Source: Nemertoderma westbladi (taxonomy: Eukaryota > Animalia > Xenacoelomorpha). From it: a stretch of 64,000 nucleotides of DNA. Positions 60,301 through 64,000 of the stretch are shown here, in pieces. The notes beneath the pieces were generated by a model. The model had not been told where the DNA came from, ran no database searches, and was given only the letters and a program-made list of their open reading frames with translations. Made by a program: the position numbers and the translations under genes. The stretch spans positions 120,760 through 184,759 of the forward strand of contig JAUCBJ010008928.1 in the NCBI GenBank assembly GCA_032718475.1, in the 5' to 3' direction. The number at the start of each line of letters is the position of its first letter. Within the stretch, counting starts at the first letter, position 1.

Positions 60301-63300
60301 ATAGGCCCTAATATTAAAAAATATCATTTTTTACGCCCCTTAGCGGCCAGAGCCACAATTTACATTTTTGACATAAAATGTATCCCCTTTGTTTTGCTTT
60401 ATTTTCAGAAGTTGTAACCATATTTTTTTGGAATCAGCGTGGCCGATTACGTGAAAACGTTCGAGCAGAATTTTTGTTTCGTACTTTTCAAGGAAGTAAC
60501 CGCTATTTACAAAAATAATTTAAAAATAATTTTCAAAAATAATTTTCAAAAAGAAGCACAGCAAACGGTTTTCATATTTGGAATCTTGATAAAAATCTGC
60601 TCTAAAGATGAAAGAGAAGAAAAATTTGAAAGCCAGTACCCCCCCCCCCCCCCCCCCCCCCCCCCCGAACTTGTGCGACATTATCACGGTTGCCACTCAC
60701 CTGGAATGGTGAGGGAATTTCGTTTTTTCTTGAAATGTCAGGGAAACTCAGGATATATATGTCATATCACGAAATGTGTCATAAAGTGAAAATGTGTAAA
60801 AAAAATTTCCTCCCTTCGCTCGCCGTTCCATTTTCTCACATCACTAAATATAAATATAAAGTCAGAATTTTTCAAGAAGAAGAAATATAGAGAGAAGTCA
60901 TTTATATAAACTTCAGTCAGGGAACTTTTTTCAAAATGTCAGGTAAAATTGAAACTGATTTAAAGTGGCAACCCTATTTATGGTTAAGAAGGTTTCAAAT
61001 ATTAACAAACCCCATGTTTTATCGCATTAATTTATAACTTATTATCTTAAAACCGGCTCTTTATTGAATAAAACCCAGGTTTGTCAGTTAAACGGCGGGT
61101 TAATGTATAAAAAACCGCTTTTACTAACCACAAACCTACTTTCAAGGAATTTACTATAATTACAGTAATTAATAGGGATGTTGCGAATGTCATATTTTTA
61201 ACATCCACGGATGCGGATGTCTGAGGTGACATCCGCACGGATGCGGATGTCTATTAAAACATATATTTATGCCTGGCCTCCCTTTTGCCAGCATTTGCAT
61301 TCTAATAATATATTAATAAACTAACAAGAGTCTAAGGTTATAGAACAGAATGGGACATAATACAACAAACAATTCTTATATTGTTCCCGTCGAGTGTTAG
61401 TGTATACTGTATAGTGTACAACAATGTACATGTACACACACTGGTACACACAAAATCGAATTTCTAAGGTTGCTCCTCTCACAGAAACTGTCTAAATGTC
61501 TGTCTGTCTATTTGTCTGTCTGTTTATCGGTCAAAAAATAAACAAGTATTATTATTATTGTATTTTTTAATTACCATTACTATTACTATTTTTACTATTA
61601 TTACTATTCTACTATAATTACTACTAATTACCAGTAATTATTATTGAAAATTTAATTGAGTGGTTGATGGGCCTTCAGACAGGATGCTTCAACAGTGCAT
61701 GTAACATCCGCATGTCACATCCGCATGCCATGGGTGCGGATGCGAATGCGGATGCGAAAAATCATGCGGATATCCGCCACAACCCTAGTAATTAAAAACA
61801 GATTTATCCCCCAACTACCCCGTTTTTGTTACATAAATTTTGTGTTTATTATGGGGTTATTTAAACCCCCCGGGTTTGTTTGTCACTGATTAGAAAACCA
61901 TCATCATATGATTTAAAACCGGTGGTTTTTTTCCTCAGTAAAACTAGGGTTTTTTGAGTAACCAGTAACCATAGTTACCATAGTAGTTTGATAAAAAAAT
62001 TATAAAAGTTTCATATTTCCTTTAAAAGTGATTGTAATTAACCCTAATTAATGACAATACCACTCAAACTAATAGCAGAAATCGTTAATTTGAAACATTA
62101 TTCTTTGTTCCAAATTGAAAACTTATGTTATAATTTACAACCTAGGGGGGCCATTCTCACCAAAATTGGCCAAACGGGTGTCCTGAAGCCATAACTTCTG
62201 TTTATGGCGGTTCTAGAAAGTGGTTGATGGCTTCAAAGAAAGCTGCTGAAGCGTAGATTTTGTACAGTTAATTTCAGCTCCAACATACATCATGTCTTCC
62301 TGTAGCAGAACATAATATGGCCAAAAATATGGTCAAAATGGCATTTTCACATGTCCCAGGTCCAAAGTGCTAGTAGAACAAACTGTTATAAAATTCCAAC
62401 CCCAAGGTCATATCCAGTAAACCAACATAACGCTAGAAAGCTGGATAAATGGAGATTCGTTTTCAGCAGTATTTGTATACGTACAATGTAGTTGGTGTCG
62501 TACAGCTGCATTTAACATCGTGTCCGACACTTTTCAGATTTTTATGTCCGACCCTGTAATGGTGCTCATTTCATCTTAACTTTTTAAGAGCAATCCTAAA
62601 AGTAAATATTCATTTGAAAGCAAATTTTCTCAGGATGACCACGTTAAAATTTCATCGCATTTGCTTAATTTCCGTACAAGTAATCGTCTTCTAAGTAGAC
62701 CAAGGTATATGTGACAATCACTTTGTCCGGCCCCTGTAATGGTGAGATATTGCCTATTTAAAAGTGATAGAATTACTGATAAGAGTTAGTAAAAATACTG
62801 CCAGATTCGTATTTCTCAGCGCTTTCAGGGGGTGTATGAAATATGTAGGTTAGCCACACTGCAAATTATTTACAGACAATAATCAATCACTGTGTCCGGC
62901 CCTGTAATGGTGTCCGCCCCTGGTAATGTATGGCTCTAGGAGGCTCTGGGATCACGTTCACTATGTAATATATATGTTTAATATAATAAAAGTATATCTT
63001 TCACTATTCAAAATATAATTATAGGCGTGGATTATTATATATTTTCCAAGAAATGTATGCATTACAAGCCGGACAAATCATTACAGGGCGTGGACATAAT
63101 GATATATTTACAATGGATTTATATTGAAATGTTAAAGCATTACAGGCCGGACAAATCATTACTGGGCGGACTCGTTTTAAATGCCAAATAAATTTTTTCA
63201 ACGGCGCAAAAGTGTTTGACTATGGTGCCCATGAAATTCCTGACATCATGAGCTTTCAGAAAATATATGGGTTTACTATATTCTGGAGAACATTTTTTTG

Positions 63301-63651
63301 TAAAAATTTACACCCGTTTTGGCCAATTTTGGTGAGAATGGGCCAGGGTTGAAATCTCAAAAATACGGTTAGTTTTTTTCAGTGTAACTGTATTTTACCT
63401 AACGCTCTGTTTGTCTAACTAAACTAACCTAGTAATGTATCTTACAGGCGGATTCCTGGCGCATTGTGTCGGCTGCAGACGACCGCACACTGAAGCTATG
63501 GAATATCGAAACCGAGCAGCGATTGGTCACTCTGAGGGACCACACAGACGGGGTCACGTGTTTCCAGTTTAACGATTACATTCTCGTATCGGGCAGTTAC
63601 GATAAAACGGTGAAATTATGGGATTTCTCGACAAATAAATGTGATAGCTGA
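57310..63651 (+). CDS. F-box/WD40 SCF substrate receptor (Met30/SconB-, beta-TrCP-, Fbw7-class), ~787 aa; exons 57310-58974, 59265-59474, 59740-60024, 63448-63651
   Basis: D-domain-like LFDNLSNQQRNFLLKALLDRC, F-box DILSWLPHHISIYILGFLDPVSL...WRNLANDNPLWRRLC, then WD40 repeats (GH...SGSxDxTxKVW). All three introns are GT-AG phase 0; exon lengths 1665/210/285/204 keep frame. The true 5' end may include an upstream exon. Confidence 0.92.
60195..60268. repeat. 17-bp tandem repeat
   Basis: (GCCAAACCGGTGGTCAA)n, about 4 copies, with an inverted CCACCGGTTTG at ~60126. Confidence 0.8.
60685..60976. mobile_element. hAT-like MITE (imperfect TIR, no TSD seen)
   Basis: CACGGTTGCCACT ... AGTGGCAACCCTA; internal TCAGGGAA repeats. 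Confidence 0.55.
61173..61787. mobile_element. hAT-superfamily MITE with 8-bp TSD
   Basis: TAGGGATG...CAACCCTA termini; GTAATTAA at 61165-61172 and 61788-61795; subterminal GCGGAT/ATCCGC repeats. Confidence 0.9.
62148..63344. mobile_element. Non-autonomous TIR DNA transposon in intron 3 of the F-box gene
   Basis: GGGCCATTCTCACCAAAATTGGCCAAACGGGTGT / ACACCCGTTTTGGCCAATTTTGGTGAGAATGGGCC; candidate 4-bp TSD AGGG; internal TGTCCGGCCCTGTAATG repeats in both orientations. Confidence 0.85.
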
Positions 63652-63653
63652 TC

Positions 63654-63945
63654 GGGACGGGACGGGACGGGACGGGACGGGACGGGACGGGACGGGACGG
63701 GACGGGACGGGACGGGACGGGACGGGACGGGACGGGACGGGACGGGACGGGACGGGACGGGACGGGACGGGACGGGACGGGACGGGACGGGACGGGACGG
63801 GACGGGACGGGACGGGACGGGACGGGACGGGACGGGACGGGACGGGACGGGACGGGACGGGACGGGACGGGACGGGACGGGACGGGACGGGACGGGACGG
63901 GACGGGACGGGGACGGGACGGGACGGAACGGGACGGGACGGGACG
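63654..63945. repeat. (GGGAC)n microsatellite followed by poly-G
   Basis: Near-perfect pentamer array starting 2 bp after the F-box stop codon. Confidence 0.97.
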
Positions 63946-64000
63946 GGGGGGGGGGGGGGGGGACTACATTAAACAAGGTTCACAGAATCACATGTTGCAG

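Noticed and set aside
63569-63976. 135-aa (PSRPV)n ORF
   Set aside because: Translation of the (GGGAC)n microsatellite.
1-64000. tRNA, rRNA or snRNA genes
   Set aside because: No cloverleaf with A/B boxes or conserved rRNA/snRNA sequence recognised; a covariance-model scan was not possible.

Overview
AT-rich eukaryotic genomic DNA, most likely from an invertebrate animal (GT-AG introns; fibrinogen-domain, KH and F-box/WD40 genes; no prokaryotic features). Bases 1-26,000 are almost all mobile DNA. They hold an intact intronless 569-aa orphan ORF with PC4-like segments and a compact TATA/CCAAT/CRE promoter, followed by two different BEL/Pao LTR-retrotransposon families. Family 1 (~3.8-10 kb) has a decayed DEDD-type 3'-5' exonuclease plus triple zinc-knuckle ORF upstream of a PPT, a putative LTR and gag. 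Family 2 (~11.7-26 kb) is rearranged: a + strand PR-RT-RNase H fragment without integrase, an unknown 3' ORF, PPT and LTR face a - strand LTR-leader-gag copy, giving a ~1.85-kb inverted repeat around a 1141-aa open gag. Bases 26,000-64,000 hold four host-type genes: an intronless three-KH hnRNP-K/PCBP-like gene, an intronless type II membrane protein with cytoplasmic tyrosine motifs and beta/gamma-crystallin domains, a two-exon secreted fibrinogen-related protein, and a four-exon F-box/WD40 gene. Between them lie RTE, CRE and other LINE fragments, several MITEs with TIRs/TSDs, mini- and microsatellites and many apparent TA-transposon excision footprints. Best novelty candidates: the crystallin-ectodomain receptor, the exonuclease-carrying BEL/Pao element and the PC4-like orphan. 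All family calls come from motif recognition by eye, not database searches.
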